From Candidatus Hermodarchaeum yapensis (GTDB lineage Archaea > Asgardarchaeota > Hermodarchaeia > Hermodarchaeales > Hermodarchaeaceae): a stretch of DNA of 10,850 nucleotides. This document shows, one piece after another, positions 8,054-10,850 of the stretch. Numbering within the stretch: the first letter of the stretch is position 1; every line of letters starts with the position of its first letter. The notes under the pieces were generated by a model. It ran no database searches. It was not told the origin of the DNA and saw only the letters and a list, made by a program, of their open reading frames with translations. Where the stretch lies: contig JAEOSK010000056.1 in the NCBI GenBank assembly GCA_016840405.1, forward strand, positions 1 to 10,850, given 5' to 3'. The translations under genes and the position numbers were made by a program.

Positions 8054-8329
8054 TTAATCTGAAGATTTTTCCTCTTGCTTAGTTTCAGGTTTTGCTTCTT
8101 CCTCGCCAGGAATCGGTTGCGACGTCACTTTTTCAATGGCTGCAATCAATTCATCTTTTAACTCTAAGGAGATGCGGACACCTTTTTTCGTGGGGCGCCA
8201 ATCCGCTTCACCTGCCTGATAGTAGATACGGATGTCAATTCCATAGAAGCCCCGAAACTCGGATAGCGACACCCAGATTTTCTCTGTTTCACTCCGAGGC
8301 AATGCAATTGGTTCACCAATAATCGTCAT
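8054..8329 (-). CDS. PC4/Sub1 (p15)-family ssDNA-binding protein
   Basis: VSLSEFRG...IDIRIYY...WRPTKKGVRI matches the PC4 fold signature (human VSVRDFKG..IDIREYW...PGRKGISL). Acidic/charged tail and AGGTGA SD. Confidence 0.88.
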   Translation of the reverse strand: MTIIGEPIALPRSETEKIWVSLSEFRGFYGIDIRIYYQAGEADWRPTKKGVRISLELKDELIAAIEKVTSQPIPGEEEAKPETKQEEKSSD

Positions 8330-8385
8330 GATAGAATCACCTGTACCTTAATGACAAAATGCACTCTAAAAAGAATTGCTTTCCA

Positions 8386-8433
8386 GAAAAAAACAAGAAA
8401 AAGGCGGATTCGGCACTTCTTGGTGAACCGCCT
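8386..8433 (-). terminator. Hairpin plus T tracts downstream of rubredoxin
   Basis: The minus strand reads AGGCGG-TTC...GAA-T-CCGCCT followed by TTTTCTTGTTTTTTT. Confidence 0.55.
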
Positions 8434-8457
8434 ACCCCGCCAAGTTTATTCGACAGT

Positions 8458-8622
8458 CTAATCAGCGGGTTCAAACATATCCTTGCCAACACCGCAAACG
8501 GGACAAACCCAGTCTTCTGGGATGTCCTCGAAAGCCGTGCCAGGGGCAATGCCTCCATCGGGATCACCGACGGCAGGATCGTAGATGTAACCGCATGCTG
8601 TACAAACGTACTTCTGTGCCAT
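8458..8622 (-). CDS. rub: Rubredoxin, 54 aa (below the ORF-track cutoff)
   Basis: Manual translation: [62 protein letters not shown] upstream. Confidence 0.97.
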   Translation of the reverse strand: MAQKYVCTACGYIYDPAVGDPDGGIAPGTAFEDIPEDWVCPVCGVGKDMFEPAD

Positions 8623-8694
8623 GGTAGGTCACCTATTTTTCTGTGGTTTCTTTGGTGGTTATTATTCTTTGGGTGTTATGATTCGGTCGTTTTG

Positions 8695-9279
8695 CTAGTA
8701 GGTTTCACATAAGACTTCAAAGTATGATGTGGAATGGAAGCAGGAGGGGCACTCATCTGGGGGTTCTTCACCTTCATGGACATAACCACATTCCCGGCAG
8801 ACCCAGCTGGTAGGTTTGGATTTCTTGAAGACTGTTTTGGCTTCGACTTCTTTGAGTAGAGCCGTGTATCGTTTGGCATGGTGATCTTCTGCTTTGGCGA
8901 TGGCACGGACTTGTTCAGCAATGGCTTTGAATCCCTCTTTTTCAGCCGTATCAGCAATGTCAGGATACATTTTGGTGTGTTCGTATGTTTCCCCTTCAAT
9001 GGCTGCTTTGAGATTGTCTATGGTTTTACCAACTTTCAAGGGAGCCACTGCGTCGACGCCGATTTCAGGCATGGATTTACCAGTTTGCTCCATGACGGCA
9101 TGAGCGGCGCGCCAGAAGTTTTTCGCGTGGACACGTTCGTTATCGGCGGTTACATTGAAGATTTCGGCGATTTGTTCGAATCCCTCTTTTTTAGCGATTT
9201 TTGCATAGATGTTGTAGCGGTTGCGTGCTTGGCTTTCACCGATGAAAGCTTGCACGAGTCCGATTAGGGTTTTGGACAT
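8695..9279 (-). CDS. rbr: Rubrerythrin
   Basis: Di-iron ligand motifs GESQA, NERVHA, GETYE and AEDHHA, plus a C-terminal rubredoxin-like CREC...CPSC. Confidence 0.96.
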   Translation of the reverse strand: MSKTLIGLVQAFIGESQARNRYNIYAKIAKKEGFEQIAEIFNVTADNERVHAKNFWRAAHAVMEQTGKSMPEIGVDAVAPLKVGKTIDNLKAAIEGETYEHTKMYPDIADTAEKEGFKAIAEQVRAIAKAEDHHAKRYTALLKEVEAKTVFKKSKPTSWVCRECGYVHEGEEPPDECPSCFHSTSYFEVLCETY

Positions 9280-9449
9280 TGTAATCTAACCTCGGTCGGT
9301 GTATCACTTGGGTTCTGGATAAGAATCTTTGCGATTTCTAGCCAAAGCTGTCTTTTGAAGCTAGGAGTTGGGTTTAAGAGGAGAAACTGCCAGAAGGGGC
9401 AACAGCTTTGTAGAATTCAATGCAAAGAATTGGCTGGAGTGTAACTCGG
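9280..9449. promoter_or_regulatory. Divergent promoter region (rbr / carboxyltransferase)
   Basis: TATA-like TTTAAG at 9373-9378 (+) and BRE/TATA-like CGCAAAGATTCTTAT at about 9319-9333 (-). SD-like GGAGTG (9436-9441) and GAGGT are also present. Confidence 0.5.
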
Positions 9450-10850
9450 ATGCCTTCAGAAGTTATGAATAAGAAGCTCAAGGAACTCCGAAAACGCCTA
9501 GAGAAGGCGAAATTGGGTGGCGGAAAAGAGCGGATTGACCGGCAACATAAAGCTGGTAAGATGACGGCTCGAGAACGGATTGAAAAGTTGTTGGACCCGG
9601 GGAGTTTCATGGAGTTTGATGCCTTAGTGGAGCACCGTGTCACCGAGTTTAAGATGGATAAGCAGAAAATCCCTGGAGATGGGGTTGTCACCGGCTACGG
9701 CACAATTGATGGACGTCTAGTCTTTGTGTTCAGTCAGGACTTCACCGTGTTTGGAGGCGCCTTAGGTGAAATGTTCGGAGAAAAGGTCACAAAAATTATG
9801 GATCTAGCCTTAGAAGCTGGAGCCCCTGTGATTGGACTGAATGATTCCGGTGGAGCACGTATCCAAGAGGGAGTGGCGAGTCTTGGAGCCTATGGTGAAA
9901 TCTTCTATCGCAATGTCATCGCTTCCGGTGTGATTCCACAAATTAGTGCAATTATGGGTCCGTGTGCGGGTGGAGCCGTCTATAGCCCTGCTGTAACTGA
10001 TTTTACGTTAATGGTGAAAAATACCAGCCGCATGTTCATTACCGGACCTAATGTCATCAAAGCTGTAACGGGCGAAGTCATTAGTTTTGAAGAATTAGGT
10101 GGGGCGATGACACATAACATCAAAAGTGGTGTAGCCCAATTCGCCGCTGAAAATGAAGAGCATTGTTTACAGCTTATTCGTGAGCTGTTATCGTATATTC
10201 CATCCAACAACATGGAGAATCCGCCAATTGTTGAGCCCATGGATGACCCGATGAGATCAGACCCCGGATTAAATGAGCTCCTACCTGATGATCCGACAAC
10301 ACCGTATGATATGAAACATGCGATTCTGAGTGTCGCAGATAATAATCGTTTCTTGGAGGTGCATGAACATTTTGCACAAAACATGGTTGTAGGGTTCATC
10401 CGGTTAAATGGTCACCCCGTAGGTGTAGTTGCGAATCAGCCCAACTATCTAGCTGGCACTTTGGATATCGACGCCTCTGACAAGTGTGCCCGGTTTGTTC
10501 GCTTTTGTGATGCATTCAACATTCCTATCCTAACCTTCATGGATGTGCCAGGATTTCTCCCTGGTGTCGAACAAGAGCACCGCGGAATTATTCGTCATGG
10601 TGCAAAGATACTTTTTGCATATGCTGAGGCGACTGCGCCAAAAGTAACGGTCATCACACGTAAGGCTATTGGTGGAGCGTATGTGGTGTTAGGTTCCAAA
10701 CATCTTCGGGCGGATGTCGTCTACGCTTGGCCCAGCACGGAAATGGCTGTGATGGGTCCAGAGGGCGCTGCTAACATTATTTTCCGTCGAGAAATTGAGA
10801 AAGCCAAGGACCCTGAAGCAGCCAGAGCGAAGCGCATCGCTGAGTACCGA
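9450..10850 (+). CDS. pccB: Acyl-CoA (propionyl/methylmalonyl-CoA) carboxyltransferase subunit, 3' end outside the window
   Basis: Manual translation: [10 protein letters not shown]...GKMTARERI...PGDGVVTG...QDFTVFGG...[10 protein letters not shown]...[12 protein letters not shown]...VANQP...[12 protein letters not shown]...DVPGFLPG...GIIRHGAK. Open for 467 codons to the edge. Confidence 0.94.
   Translation, partial: MPSEVMNKKLKELRKRLEKAKLGGGKERIDRQHKAGKMTARERIEKLLDPGSFMEFDALVEHRVTEFKMDKQKIPGDGVVTGYGTIDGRLVFVFSQDFTVFGGALGEMFGEKVTKIMDLALEAGAPVIGLNDSGGARIQEGVASLGAYGEIFYRNVIASGVIPQISAIMGPCAGGAVYSPAVTDFTLMVKNTSRMFITGPNVIKAVTGEVISFEELGGAMTHNIKSGVAQFAAENEEHCLQLIRELLSYIPSNNMENPPIVEPMDDPMRSDPGLNELLPDDPTTPYDMKHAILSVADNNRFLEVHEHFAQNMVVGFIRLNGHPVGVVANQPNYLAGTLDIDASDKCARFVRFCDAFNIPILTFMDVPGFLPGVEQEHRGIIRHGAKILFAYAEATAPKVTVITRKAIGGAYVVLGSKHLRADVVYAWPSTEMAVMGPEGAANIIFRREIEKAKDPEAARAKRIAEYR

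Noticed and set aside
8337-8999. ORFs 8337..8567, 8359..8712 and 8676..8999, and other short nested ORFs in the track
   Set aside because: They are alternative-frame or antisense overlaps of rubredoxin, rubrerythrin and other well-supported genes.
9371-9400. Cobalamin-riboswitch-like words (TTAAGAGGAGAA, GCCAGAAG) upstream of pccB
   Set aside because: The core helices and the rest of the B12 box are absent, and the spacing is far too short.
9995-10005. 11-nt match (AACTGATTTTA) between the putative guide start (6744-6754, minus strand) and pccB
   Set aside because: The match is short, AT-rich and falls in a conserved coding motif. The guide boundary is uncertain and no TAM support exists, so chance is sufficient.

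Overview
Probably an anaerobic archaeon, judged from the split methylmalonyl-CoA mutase, AGGTGA/GGTGA ribosome-binding sites and TATA-like boxes; an Asgard-type host is plausible but unproven. A + strand propionyl-/methylmalonyl-CoA gene set (mutase large subunit, epimerase, biotin ligase, carboxyltransferase running off the right edge) is interrupted by an MFS transporter and by a - strand oxidative-stress block: rubrerythrin, rubredoxin, a PC4-like ssDNA-binding protein, a solo tnpB, an 8-Cys protein and desulfoferrodoxin. Three real genes are missing from the ORF track: a tnpB at 1061..<1 (-), the rubredoxin at 8622..8458 (-) and the carboxyltransferase at 9450..>10850 (+). The hidden tnpB has a Fanzor-like rearranged RuvC-II site (IVGDL ... 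IDE). Its readable IS200/IS605 left end predicts a TAAC TAM, and it is inserted at the likely mutase promoter.
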